Assembly: GCA_025558095.1 (NCBI GenBank)
Contig: JAIVFI010000017.1
Span: forward strand, 620,001-684,000
Direction: 5' to 3'
DNA from: Hyaloraphidium curvatum SAG 235-1
Taxonomy: Eukaryota > Fungi > Monoblepharomycota
Length of the DNA: 64,000 nucleotides
Shown piece after piece: positions 1-12,064 of the stretch (the first letter of the stretch is position 1; every line of letters begins with the position of its first letter). The position numbers were made by a program, and so were the translations under genes. Under the pieces are notes generated by a model. That model was not told where the DNA came from. It did not search any database and saw only the letters and a program-made list of their open reading frames with translations.

Positions 1-592
1 CTCGGAAGGCCGGCCGGTGCGGCCCGACACGCCGAACGATCCCGACGACGAAGAGGAGGACGACGGCACGGACTACCCATCGCAGATGGAAGACCACGAG
101 GCGGAGCACGAGCGCGTCGCGACCCTGGTCAAGGACTACTACGCCCATCCGTTCGAGGTCAAGGACCTGCCCGATCCGCTCGGGGAGGAGGGGCACATGT
201 ACCCGACCGTCCTCGTGCACTGCCAGATGGGGGTCGGTAGCAGCTCGTGCACCGACCGCTTTTTGCTTACCTTCCTCAAACCCCAGATCTCCCGCTCCGT
301 CACTGCCACAACCGCGCACCTCCTCCACCTCTCCGCCAAATTCCCCGACCTCCTCCCTCTCCTCCTCCCCACGCCGGACTCGATCCCGCCCAACGCTACC
401 TACCAGCAGGCCCTGGCCTACGTCCAGGAGCGCAGGCCCGTCGCCAACCCCAACCCGGGCTTCAGGAAGCAGCTCGAGGCGTGGCAGAGGATGGGGTCGA
501 CGCGGATCAAGCACGACTCGCAGGCCTGGGCGGACCTGACGGGGAAGCAGCAGGAGCCTTCGAACAAGATGCTCTACGTGCTGACGGTTTGA
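1..592 (+). CDS. Dual-specificity protein phosphatase (5'-partial)
   Basis: Removing the in-frame GT-AG intron 233-286 gives VHCQMGISRS (CX5R loop), followed by the ANPNPGFRKQL motif typical of DSPs; stop TGA at 590-592. Confidence 0.85.
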   Translation, partial: SEGRPVRPDTPNDPDDEEEDDGTDYPSQMEDHEAEHERVATLVKDYYAHPFEVKDLPDPLGEEGHMYPTVLVHCQMGVGSSSCTDRFLLTFLKPQISRSVTATTAHLLHLSAKFPDLLPLLLPTPDSIPPNATYQQALAYVQERRPVANPNPGFRKQLEAWQRMGSTRIKHDSQAWADLTGKQQEPSNKMLYVLTV

Positions 593-721
593 GTCCGCGC
601 TTCTTCGTATGTAAATGCTCTTTCGCCACGTAATGTATCGCATGGACAAGCGACTTTCCCGACCGACCGAAGACCACATCAGCATCGCGAAAATCCATTC
701 TTCCCCCGTCACGTACACCCC

Positions 722-2300
722 TCAAGGCTGCTGCAGCACCTCGACAAACTTGTCGTTCCTCTTCTTCGCGCTCTTTGCCCCCGGCTTCCCGCCCTTTTCC
801 GCCCTGAGCATCTCCTTGCGCCGCAGCACGATCGCGTACGGGTTCAGCCGCGCCAGCACGCCCACGTTGCGCAGGGGGTTCTTGCGCTGCGTGAAGGGGC
901 GCTTGGTGTGCTTCTCCTTCGCGGGGTTGAGGACGGATTGGACCTGTCGGGGGGGACGCGGATGTGAGCAGGAGAGCGGGGCAGAGCGGCGGCGGGACGC
1001 ACCTCGTCCGAGTTGATGATGCGGTCCAGGTCGGGCATCGTCATCGGGCCGTGGGGCAGGGTGAAGCCGGACTTGACCTCGCTCTTCTCCGAGGTCGTGC
1101 CAAAGATCTTGTCCAGCTGGGCAAACGCGGGCTCGGTCCAGACCACGAAGCGGCCGATGTGGCCGCCGGGGGCGAGCTGCAGGAGGTTGAGGGCCGAGAC
1201 GGGGCACTGCGGGGACGCGCGTGAGCGGGCAGCAACTAGGCGGGGCGGGAGGAACGCACGAGCTCGACGCCGGGGATGTTGCGGAAGGCCTTGACGATGC
1301 CCTCGTCCTTGTCGTACACGATGAGCGGGCCCCTGCGCATCCGCCACCTCCGGTTCCGCAGCTTGCCCTTGCCGGCGCGGAGCTTCTTGCTCGCCGCGGC
1401 CTTCTCCACGTCCTCGAACGCGTTGACGGCCTTGAGCAGCTTCACGGCCTCCTTGGTCGTCTTGACGCCCGTCTCGACGGCGGCGTCCAAAACGAGGGGG
1501 ACGTGCTCGACCTTGGAGATGCGGTGCCCGCGGGCCTGGACCAGCGAGGGCACGGCCGAGGCGGCGATGGCCGACACGGTCGCGTAGCGGCGCTGGCCCT
1601 TGGAGATCTTGATGTGCCACCGGCGCCAGGTCTTGGTGGGCGCGAACATGCGACCCTTGCGGACCATGTTGCCGAAGGCGGCCTGGCCGGCGCGGTGGGT
1701 GCCGCCGCCCGACACACGGGGGATACGGGCGACGGCGCGCCCGGTGCCCCACGACTCGGCCGAGGTCTGGTGGCCGGCTGTTCAGGGCGTGTCAGGGCAA
1801 TGTCTACGATGCACGGAGGTTGGATGCTCACCGGTCTCGCTGACGGCGTACGGCTGCCTCTTGTTCTTGTTCATGCGCGTGTGCACGTCCTGCACCACGT
1901 CGGGCCGGATGGGCGCCCGGAACACGGCGGGGAGCACGATGGTGGCGCCGCTGGCCGCGCCATCGACGCCGTACACGGGAACCTGGGGAATGGCGGCCTG
2001 CGAGGGTGTCAGCGGGGTCGGTGGGCGGGACCGCGAAACAGAGGAGGGAGGCCGGGCATCGCGGGGCCGGCGGGGGCGCGGCGGGGCAGCAGGGCGACCC
2101 CGATAGCGCCAAAAGCTCCATCCCGAAGCCTGGTGGCCCGCAAGAGGGGCACGCGCGCGTCCGGTGGTGGCCCGCGAGCTGCCCGCTCCCCGCGCCAGCC
2201 CCCGCCAGGCCCCGCCGCACCCCGTCCCGCGACGACGGCGCGCGCTGCCCGGCCTCCGCTCTCCTCGGATTCGCGCGGCGCGGCGCCGGACACGCACCAT
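722..2300 (-). CDS. RPL4: 60S ribosomal protein L4 (uL4), multi-exon
   Basis: Spliced exons give [53 protein letters not shown] and [15 protein letters not shown]. Exon 1 is the ATG alone (2298-2300), followed by intron 1998-2297. Confidence 0.97.
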
Positions 2301-2457
2301 GGCGGATTCGGTGGGGCGCGAGTCCGTTTGTTTGCCTCTAAGAATAAATCGGGGTTTGGCCTAACCTATGGAAATCCCTCTCGGCAATCGGCGTCCGCCT
2401 TCCCGCATCGCGCAATCCCGCTGCTTCTCAACCCGCTCCTGCTGTCGGCCCGCCGCG

Positions 2458-3962
2458 ATGCCCGACGCATCGGGCCCCGCGGAGCCGTTCCAGTTCCACC
2501 CGTCCCGGGCCGTGTCGCGCTTCCAGGAGTTCCTGCGGATCAAGACAGTACAGCCAGAACCCGATTACAAGGCCTGCAGCGAGTGGCTCCGCGGGCAGGC
2601 CGAGGAGCTGGGGCTGCGCTATGCAGAGTACAACCCGTCGACGGCGGGGTACAAGCCGGTGGTGATCCTCACCTGGCCGTCGTCGCGGCCCGAGCCGGAG
2701 CGCAAGAAGAGGTGGGCTTCCGAACAGCACCTGGCCGCTGGAAGGACCTGACGGGTCTCCCGGCGCTGCCCTTAGCATCCTGCTGAACACGCACACCGAC
2801 GTCGTTCCCTGCGACCCCTCCCGCTGGACCCTCGCCGACCCCTTCTCCGCCGCCATCGTCGCGGGCGAGATCGTCGCCCGCGGCGCGCAGGACATGAAGT
2901 GCGTCGGCGCCGCGCAACTCTCCGCCGTCGCCGCGCTCAAGGCCTCGGGGTGGGACAACCCCTCCCCGCGGGACCTGCACTTTGCCTTCACGCCCGACGA
3001 GGAAATCGGCGGGAAGGAGGGCTGGGGATTGTTCGTGGACACGCCCGAGTTCGACGCGCTGGATGTGGGGTTCGAGATGGATGAGGGGATCGCGGATCCG
3101 GATCCGGAGGGGCTTGAGGTGTTCTACGCCGAGCGCATCGGCGCGGCGTTCCGCGTGACGGCCAAGGGCAACGCGGGCCACGCGAGCCAGTTCATCAAGG
3201 TGCGTCCCGAGCGCGGCAGCCGCCCGGGGCCGACCTGACGTCCGTGCGCGAAGGACACGGCGGCAGCCAAGCTCGTCGCGTTCGCCGGAGCCATGCTCAA
3301 GCTCCGCGACGAGCAGCAGCAGATCCTCGCCGAGGGCGTGCACCCCGACGGGACCAAGTATGCCCTCGGCGACGTGACGACCATCAACCTCACCCTGCTC
3401 GGCGGCGGGAAGCAGGTCAACGTGGTCCCGAACGAGCTCGAGATGACGTTCGACGTCCGCGTACGTGGTCGCCCGCCCCCGCCCCCGACCTCCCCGGCTC
3501 ACCCGCGCCCGGCAACCAGGTAACCCCGCGCGTCGGACACCCCGCCTTCACCTCCCAGCTCCTCTCCCTCGCCGCCTCCCACGGCGTCGAACTGTCCTTC
3601 CTCCGCCCGCCCGTGATCCACCCCCTGCTCCCCGTCTCGGACCCGCTGTACGCGCGGTGGTGGGCCGTCGTCCGCCGCGAGGCCGAGAAGCGCGGGCTGG
3701 AGCCCAGGCCGAGGGTGTTCTCGGCGGCGACGGACGCGCGGTATCTGAGGCGGAAGGGGATCCCCTCGCTCGGGTGCAGCGTGAGTTTCCCTCCAGGTCG
3801 GCGGGGCGACGGGTGCGGAGACTGACAGAGGGGAAGTTCCTGGCAGGGTGCCCGGTCCTGCTGCACGACCACGACGAGAGGCTGCCGGTGGAGACGTACG
3901 AGAGGGGGGTGGCGTGGTACGTGGACGTGCTTAGGGGGCTGGCCGAGGTGGACGGGGAGTAG
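2458..3962 (+). CDS. ACY1: Aminoacylase-1 (peptidase M20A family), multi-exon
   Basis: Motifs FLRIKTVQPEPDY, LNTHTDVVP, ARGAQDMKC, FTPDEEIGG, MDEG, GHAS, ATDARYLR and LLHDHDERL are spread over exons joined by short GT-AG introns. Confidence 0.92.
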
Positions 3963-4032
3963 GTCGATTGCCTTGCGCCGATACATCCAATCCATGCCGC
4001 TGCCCGAAGCAACGGACGTCCGGTCCCGCGGA

Positions 4033-4768
4033 TCAAGCGACCGTGATGGTTCCCTCCATGGTGAAGCAGTGCGGGTTGCAGCTGTACCGCACCGTGCCCG
4101 GGCTGGCAAAGGTCCGCGAGTAGCTCGCGGGCGACGAAAGCACCCCCGAATCGAACCCGCCCGTCTTGAACGTGCAGCCGCCCGAGTCCGTCTCGGTCAC
4201 GGAGTGCCCGGAACCGCTCCAGACCCAGAGCACCGTGTCCCCGGCGGCGATCGAGAGGTCCGAGGGGGCAAAGTTGAACCCCACGACGCCGACGCGCACG
4301 GTGTGCGTGGTTCCCGATCCCCCGGCTGCTTTGGTGGTGGTCGGCACGGGCGCCTTGGTGGTCAGCTTGGCGACCCTCTTGCTGGTGCTGCGCCGGCGGG
4401 AGGTGGTCCGCTTCCGGCGCGTGGTCGTCTGCCGCTTCTTGGTCGTCGTCTTCTTCTTCAGCTGTCTGGCCAACTGCGTTGCGAGCGTCAGTCCCGCCTC
4501 GGGAGGTGGGATCGACGTACGATGCGACGGCCTTCCGCGGCTCCCGTTCCTACTCGGATGTCCTCCCCCGCAAGCTGAAGGACGCGATGGCCACGTCGAT
4601 GAGCGCCGCACGCGGCCCTCTCGCGGTCCCGCCCACCTCGGACCCCGCGATGTCTCCAGAACCCGCAACATCGGCGACCGCACCGTCCGATGCCGCCCGC
4701 GCAGAGGCGACCGCGCCGGCCGCGGCGGAGAACAGGAGCGCGAATATGAGCAGAAGCGCCCCGCGCAT
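4033..4768 (-). CDS. Secreted cupredoxin (plastocyanin/azurin-like blue copper domain) with a polybasic Thr-rich stalk
   Basis: Signal peptide MRGALLLIFALLFSAAAG; one intron ending near 4474; C-terminal FAPSDLSIAAGDTVLW...GHSV...YSCNPHCFTMEGTITV (His, Cys-x2-His-x3-Met copper ligands). Confidence 0.8.
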
Positions 4769-5248
4769 CGCGGGGCGCTCGATCGATTGCGGGGGTGGGT
4801 TCTCGCGGTGCGCGGGCGGTGTTGCCCGCTGGTCCCCTGACTGCTGGTTGCGGGGGAATCGATCGGTCTCCGCTCGCATCAACCGACGAGCTGGCCCTCG
4901 TCTGATCGTTTCGATTGATGCTCAGGCATCGGAAGAATGGCGGAATCGGATTCTGCGGATCGGAGGAGGTCAAGAGGAACGCGGGACAGCACCGAGATTT
5001 TGCCCCGGATTGGGAGCTCTCCCACTCCACCGTCGCTGCATCAATGGACGATGGGAGAGATGAAGCTTAGAATGACTCCATGTCGCTCCCCCTGATTTTG
5101 GGAGACAAGCTGGCGATCCCCTATCGTTAGCTTAACGCTGTGATGGCGCACTGCGACGCCGTTCCTGAGTACCACACGGGGTTCATCTCGACTCCATATC
5201 CCCTCGACGCGTTGCGCATCTCGCTTCCCTCCTCGTGCAGAATCTCAG

Positions 5249-7013
5249 ATGGCATCTCCCGTCGCAGCCGAGTGGTTCGCGGCTTGCCGGAACGCGGACA
5301 TCGCGACCGTCAGGAGGATTCTCAACGACAAGTCTTTCGACGCCGGAGTGCGCGAACCGGGTTCCAAGTTCACCGGATTGCACATCGCTGCCAGCAAGAC
5401 TGGCGATGGTGATTTTATCAAGGAGCTCGCGGACCTCATCTCTAAGCGGGCCACGGGCAAGAGGGACGTCAACAAGGTGACGCCGACGGGCGACACGGCT
5501 TTCCTCCTCGCGGTCAAGTCGGACCGATTCAATTCATTCAAGGGGCTACTTGATGCCAGCGTGACCCAGGACGGTTACAAACTGCGCGATCCCGACGGGA
5601 TGTCGGCCTGGCTGCTCGCCTGCCGGGAAGGGAAGGAGCCATTCGTGAACGAGATGCTCACCCGGTTCGGGTGGATCGAATACAACGACAGGGACCGGGA
5701 CGGCATGACGGGACTTGCCCTGGCTTGCGCTCGAGGGCATTGCGGCGTAGCCAGAGCGATAATGAACGCCGCGCTGCCGGACCAGTACCCAGTGAACCGC
5801 AAATTAGCAGACAACGAAGGCCGCACGCCGTTCTACTGGCTCTGCTCGAGGGATTGCCAGCTAGTTGAGGGCTCAAAGGAGCATACGTTCAACACGGAAC
5901 TCATTCGATTGTTCATGCGCGAGAACCAGCGCACCGGCGCGCACGAAGTGGACTGCCGCGGTCTGTGCACCGAAAGGACGGCCGCCATTGTCGAGAAATA
6001 TCGGATTTACTATGCTGCCGGGCATACGGGCTACAAACTGTCCGACCCGGAGAATCTGCAGATTGTCAAGGGTCGCCAGCTCGGAGAGGGCGGCCTTGGA
6101 AAAGTGGATTTGGGACTCTACAACGGCGAGGAGTTCGCCGTCAAGACGGTACTCCTTGGCACTGCCAGAGGCCAGCTTCCGAAGGAGATGCTTGAGAAAG
6201 AGTTCAATGTCTGGGCTGAGCTGCGGGATCCTTCATATGCCGAGGAGCCCGGGTACCACAACAGTAGGTTGCTGCCTGCGACGAGGGCTGCACCGCGGAA
6301 CCTGATTTCTCCTTAAAATCAACTCCCTAGTCTTGGATGTCAAGGGCTACTTTGCGGAGAAGGACCGTTGGAAGATCTTGTCGCCCGCCGTGAAACCGGA
6401 GAGCCCCCACCACAAGGCCGCCGACCTGCATCACTGGCTGTGGTACAACCGCAACAAGACCAACTACTTCCCCCGGGCGCTGCGTCTTCTTCAGGGTGCC
6501 GCGGCTGGCATGGCTTTCATTCACCGCCGGAACATCGTCCACGGGGACCTGAAAGCTGGCAACTTCGTCGTTGATCGGGGTACGGCCAAGCTCATCGATT
6601 TCGGTATGGCACGCTTCCGAGCAGAAGGCCACTCTGTGCGTTCGTCGGGCTTCAACTTTCGCGGTGGGACTGAAGGCTTCAACGCACCGGATCTCTCTGG
6701 GGGACGTATCGGGCGCACGAACCGCAAAACGGACATCTTTTCGTTTGCTATGGTGGCCTACGAGGTCGCCACCGGTGGGTGCGAGGTCTGGTTCGAAGAA
6801 CAGGGCGGGAGGCAGAACCGGCTGGACAAAGGGTTGCGCCCAGAGGCCCCGAAAGCCATCAAGGAGTGCGATTACGTGCTTCCTCAAAACATACCGGAGG
6901 AGCTCTGGAGCCTGATCAACAGGATGTGGGCGCAGGATCCGGAGGACAGGCCGGGCTCTTTTGAAGAGATTGCCGATGCGATCGGCCGAATTGCGAGCAG
7001 GTTGGAACTGTGA
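5249..7013 (+). CDS. Ankyrin-repeat protein kinase (TKL-like), copy 1
   Basis: ANK-like repeats (TGLHIAA, GDTAFLLA, GMTGLALAC, GRTPFYW) followed by GEGGLGKV, AVK, HGDLKAGN, DFG and DIFSFAMV; intron ~6264-6330 joins the two ORFs. Confidence 0.9.
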
Positions 7014-7227
7014 ACGGTCGGAAATGGCACTTCTAAATTGAGATGCGTCCACCGACCCGAATGAATCGTGGTCCGGAGCATGGATTCGGGCCTTGTCTGC
7101 TTGCACGCTTGCTCAAATCGCTTGCTTGCGCCACGGTCCCTGACGAGCTGCGACTCGATCACGGGTTCCTCTCTCTGACTAGCGATTCCGGTCCAGCCCG
7201 CACGTCTGCCTTAGCTCTGCTGATTGA

Positions 7228-8978
7228 ATGGCTTCCGGCACCGTCGCCGAGTGGTTCGCGGCGTGCCGGAACGCGGACATCGCGACGGTCAAGAGGATCC
7301 TCGGCGACGCGTCGTTCGACGCCGGAGTGCGCGAATCGGGCTCCAAGCTCACCGGATTGCACATCGCTTCCAGCGAGAAGGACGATGAGGCTTTCATCAA
7401 GGAGCTGGCGGAGCTCGTCGCGAAGCGGCCCACGGGCAAGAGGGACGTCAACAAAGTCACGCCGGCGGGCGACACGGCGTTCATCCTCGCGGGCAAGTCG
7501 GGGCACTTCCACTCCTTCAAGGGTCTGCTGGATGCCAGCGTGACCCAGGACGGGTACAAGCTGCGCGATTCCGACGGGATGTCGGCCTGGCTCCTGGCCT
7601 GCCGCGACGGCGCCGGGCACTACGTGGACGAGATGCTCAAGCGGTTCGGATGGATCGATTTCAACGCCAGGGACCGCGACGGCATGACGGGACTTGCCCT
7701 TGCCTGCTCCCGAGGGCACTACGGTGTGGCGAGAGCGATTCTGAGCGCATCACTGCCGGATCAGTATGCCATCGACTGCAAGCTTGCCGACAACCAGGGA
7801 CGCACGCCGTTCCACTGGCTCTGTTTGAGGGACAGAGAGCTTCAGAATGGCACTGAAGATTACGAAATGAATGTGGATCTCATCGTGCTTTTTGTGCGCG
7901 AGTACCATCGGACCGGGGCGCCGGAGGTGGACTATGGCAGCCTCTGCTCCCCCAGAACGGGTACCGTGATTGAGAGGATTCGCATCTATTATGGCTTGGG
8001 CAAAGAGCGCTTTAGACTCAAGGATCCCGCGAAGCTCACCGTGCTTCCTAGCGGACTCGGTGCAGGCACATTCGGGGTCGTCTACAATGCGAAGTACAAC
8101 GGCGAGGATGTGGCCGTCAAGATCGTTCGCATGGGAGGCCAGTTAACCGAAAGGAGGATTCAGAAGGAGTTCAACGTTTGGGCCGAACTGCGGGACAAAG
8201 CGAACGGCGATGAGCCTGGCTACCACAACGGTGAGTGTGCGAAGTGCAGCTCAGATCAGTCAGGAAAAACAGAAACTGAGTATCAAATCAAGTCCTCGAC
8301 GTCAAGGGCTATTTTGTCGAGAAGGACCACTGGAAGATCGTCTCGACGGTCGTCCCGCCGGAGCGGCCTGGTCATGCGGCGTCCGATCTCCATCATTGGC
8401 TCTGGTACCACCGGCGAGATGCCGGCTACTTCAAAGAGGCGCTCAAGGTCCTCCAAGGCGCTGCATTGGGCCTTGCATACATCCACCGCCGCAACATCAT
8501 CCACGGCGACATCAAGGCCGGCAACTTCCTCGTCGCCAACAGAGTGGCCAAGCTGATCGACTTTGGCATGTCGCGTTTTCGCGCGGATGAGTTCTCCTTC
8601 TCGGACTTGTCGACCGAAGACAACAACGTCCGGCTCGGAACGGCGGGTTTCAACGGGCCGGAGCTCCAGGAAGAGCGGAAGGGCAGGACGAATCGCCGCT
8701 CGGACATCTTTTCCTTCGCCATGGTCGCTTACGAGGTTGCATCCGGGGCCTACGAGATATGGTGGAACGATCGAGCAGAAAATCGCCAGCTACGCCTAAA
8801 CAAAGGGGAGCGCCCCTTGGCCCCTGATTGTGAGCCGCCCCAAAAGCCTCCTCCGAACATGCCAAGCGATCTGTGGAAGCTGATCTGCCGGATGTGGGCG
8901 CAGGCGCCCGAGGACAGGCCGAGCTCGTTCGAGGAGGTCGCAAACGAGATCGGGAGGATCGCAGACAGCTTGCGGTAG
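7228..8978 (+). CDS. Ankyrin-repeat protein kinase (TKL-like), copy 2 (tandem paralogue)
   Basis: Same architecture and intron position (~8231-8292); GAGTFGVV, VAVK, HGDIKAGN, DFG, DIFSFAMV. Confidence 0.9.
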
Positions 8979-9046
8979 ACACTATTGGGATAACGTATTG
9001 CATCTAAGTATCATCTATGCCACCTCAATGGGACATCGGTGTCGCT

Positions 9047-9916
9047 CTACAGCAGCAAGTCTGCCTCGCTCGTTTCCTGAACCGGGTCCTCTTCCGGGCT
9101 CTTCCCGACCGCCCGCCCATACAGCAGGTCGATCTGCACGTCGTCACCCATCACAAAGTCATGCTTCGAAAACTGTCGGTACCCGTGCTTCCTGTAGAAC
9201 TTCAGGGCGGCGTGGTTGCTCTCCCACACCCCAAGCCAGGCGACCCCGCGTCCAAAGCCGGGTTGCCGCCTCGCATCCGCCCCTCGGCGCGCCCACCACC
9301 GTGCCACATACTCTTCTGCTCGAGCAACGAACGAGTCCATGAGCAGCGTGCCGATACCGAGTCCCTGAGCGGCCTCGAGCAGGTACAATTTGCTCAGCTC
9401 GATCACGGGAACCTCGCCCTCCGCCCCGGGCAAGAATCGGGACACCAGCTCGGTCATGGCCAGCGGAGGCTGCGCGTCGTGCGGGAACTGGCCGTAGACG
9501 AGGTGCAGGAAGCCGACCGCCCTCCGTCCCGGAACGACCTCCTCGTCCCATTCCGCCGGGTGCGGGTACGAATCCGCCGCGTGCGATGGCAACGAGTTCG
9601 GAATGGTCGCCAGGATCCATTCCGAAGCGGTCCCGCCGTCCTCCGCGCCCTCGAGGCCGTCCCGGCCGAACCGGCAGTTCCACGCTTCGAGCTTCCCCGG
9701 GCCGTACGTGTCGCGAATGTATGCGTTGACGTCCTCCTCCTTGTTCGTCGGGACCACGTGCGGGCCGAACGTCGCGCGGTAAGCGGCCCCCGCCAAGGAG
9801 GAGATGAGGCGCGCGGAAGCGGGGTTCAGAGCCACGGGATCCGCGCGGACGTTTGGCGGTGCGGGGGTCGGCGGACGCGACGTCACGGGCGTGGGAGTGA
9901 CCGGTGTCAACGACAT
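9047..9916 (-). CDS. GNAT N-acetyltransferase, PaiA/spermidine-acetyltransferase-like
   Basis: ELSKLYLLEAAQGLGIGTLLM (acetyl-CoA motif A) and AWLGVWESNHAALKFYRKHGY...HDFVMGDDVQID; no introns evident. Confidence 0.85.
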   Translation of the reverse strand: MSLTPVTPTPVTSRPPTPAPPNVRADPVALNPASARLISSLAGAAYRATFGPHVVPTNKEEDVNAYIRDTYGPGKLEAWNCRFGRDGLEGAEDGGTASEWILATIPNSLPSHAADSYPHPAEWDEEVVPGRRAVGFLHLVYGQFPHDAQPPLAMTELVSRFLPGAEGEVPVIELSKLYLLEAAQGLGIGTLLMDSFVARAEEYVARWWARRGADARRQPGFGRGVAWLGVWESNHAALKFYRKHGYRQFSKHDFVMGDDVQIDLLYGRAVGKSPEEDPVQETSEADLLL

Positions 9917-10439
9917 CGCGTAAAGGAAGGGTCTGCGACGCGATTGAGCCGGGATTCGAGCTGACAACGGAGGAAGAGAAAAGAGGTGGTCGCGCGGTAC
10001 TTCTGCTGTTCCGATCCGTGTCGGGTTCCGACCCTCTAGCTTTCTATTTTGCCACAAGAGAGGACCAGAATACAAGTAGAGTATGTAACACACTAGCTGA
10101 AGAGGCGATCGGACGTGATTCGTGCTTCGCGGGCGGTTTGTCGGCCACGTCCCTGTGTCCGCGGGCCATCAATCAGGGTCCGAGACCTCCGCGCCGAACA
10201 ACATCGGACCTCCGCCCCACGGCCTGCCAAACACCCGCCTCGTACCGCTTTTCGCTCTTGACGTGCTGAGATGGGTCGGTAGCCGGTCCGCGGCGCCCTC
10301 CGAGGGCCAGGCTCACACGATGCCGAACCGTCTCCCGCCGCGTCAACCGCGCGACTCCTCTCCCACCGAATCGCTGCCACACATCGTCATCGCGGTCTTC
10401 CTCCTTCCTCTCACCTTCGTGTGACATTTTTCCTGTCGC

Positions 10440-11424
10440 TTGCCGCCTCTTTTTCTCTTTCGTCGACCGGCACCCGCAGCGGAACCCTTCATCGTCGCCG
10501 GCTCTCCCGAGCCCATGCCCGCCGGCTGGCTCGCTCAATTCGACCGGGCACAGAAGCGGTACTTCTTCGTAAACACGAACGTAAACCCTCCCGAGACCAC
10601 CTGGGTAGGTTCCCCGCCCTCCCGGCGCGGTCGACGCCGAATCAACCGACTTCTTCGGCAGACGGACCCCAGGGGCGTTGAGATGTATGCCCCCGAGACC
10701 GCCACCGAGTCGGTCGAGGACCTGCTGGCGCAAGTGAAAGCGACCAAAGCACAGGCCGACGCCCTCAACGAGGCCCGTGCGCCAAAGCAGTTCGTCCCCG
10801 TCGAACCTACCCAAACCCCCGCCTGGGCGGCGGAGCCCAAGCAGTTCGTCCCCGTCGAGCAGCCCAAAGCCCCCGGCGCGGCGGCCGCGGCTGCAGCCCC
10901 CAAGCCCGTGCAGGTGCCACTGACGCCCGGCGCTACAGGCGTCCCCGCCGGCGAGGTCCCGCTGCCTGCTGGGTGGATCAAGGTCCTAGACCCAGGTTGG
11001 TCGAGGCGACGGTTTCCCTCAACAGTCTTAACAGCCGAACTTACGGGAACCCTATAGGTTCTGGCCACTTCTACTTCGTCAACCAGAACGCCAAGCCCCC
11101 AGTTACCACCTGGGACGACCCCAGGACGGCCGAGGTGGAGAAAGCCCCGGTCAGGCCCAAGCAGCAAGCCGCCGCCGCCGCCCCTGGTATACCTCTCGTG
11201 CCCGTTCGATCAGCGGACGGGCCGGCTGATCCGCTCCCGCCTCCACAGCCCAAGCCACCTACGCTACCGTGCCCTACTCCCCGCCCGGGCCCAAGCCTGG
11301 GGACCAGTACGCCGCGCCGGCCTCGGCACCCCCTGCCGCCGCTCCCGCCGCGGCCCCCGTAGCGCAGGCCCCGGTCGCGGCTGCGGGCGAGCCGACCTAC
11401 CTCGTCGGGACGGGGGGGCAGTGA
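10440..11424 (+). CDS. Two-WW-domain, Pro/Ala-rich protein (start uncertain)
   Basis: MPAGWLAQFD...YFFVN...TTW|TDPR and LPAGWIKVLDP|GSGHFYFVNQN...TTWDDPR, each split by a short intron; PKQFVPVE occurs twice; stop TGA at 11422-11424. Confidence 0.8.
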
Positions 11425-11449
11425 TCGCCGGCAGTGGCGGATCGGAGCA

Positions 11450-12064
11450 TGTCATTGTAGCAAACCAGCTCTGTCGCAGAGAGGCGTACACGAACACGGC
11501 ACCGTCTACTTGATGAGCCGCACGCGGGGTATCGGAGCTCCTCCCAGGAGTAGTCCCACGATTCCAGATGGAGGTACTCGAGAAAGGCGAAATCGGACCC
11601 CGCGAAAGCATCCCCCAGCGCTTCGCCCAACGAGGAGCGACAGCCTGCGAAGCTTCGAGCCGCGCCCGGAGCACCCGCGCAGCAGACGGGCGACCAGATG
11701 ATCCTGCTTCTCTATCCGCTGGGCCGAAGCAATCAGGTCTAGGTCGTCGACGAGGCGGAGGGCGTCACGCGCTTCCAGGAGGTCCAAGGCCGCCTCGGGT
11801 CATGCGCTCGTCGAGCCACGCGAGGCAGAAACGCGACATGTGGTGCGGCAGCATCATCTCGTGGAACTTGTGGCACCCCAGCATCAGCTCCAGCAGGCTC
11901 CGCGATCCGGGCGCGAGCTTCGAGGCGACGAGCAGCAGAAGCTCGTCCGGCAGCGACGCGAGGCAAGGCGCGGGCTCCGCCGCGTCCACGGGCCCGGGCT
12001 GCCCTGCGGCGGAGGTCGCGCGCGCCGGGGATTCGTGTACAGCTCCGACGGCGCGTCGCGGCAT
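11450..12064 (-). CDS. F-box/LRR-like protein with two apparent single-base frameshifts (intact gene or pseudogene unresolved)
   Basis: F-box-like LASLPDELLLLVASKL; continues in shifted frames as EAALDLLEARDALRLV...LRRLSL and GEALGDAFAGSDFAFLEYLHL. The shifts are at CCC (~11797) and GGG (~11626). Confidence 0.55.

Noticed and set aside
1998-2297. Box C/D snoRNA in the RPL4 intron
   Set aside because: No RUGAUGA C box is present on the sense strand; only the hairpin is supported.
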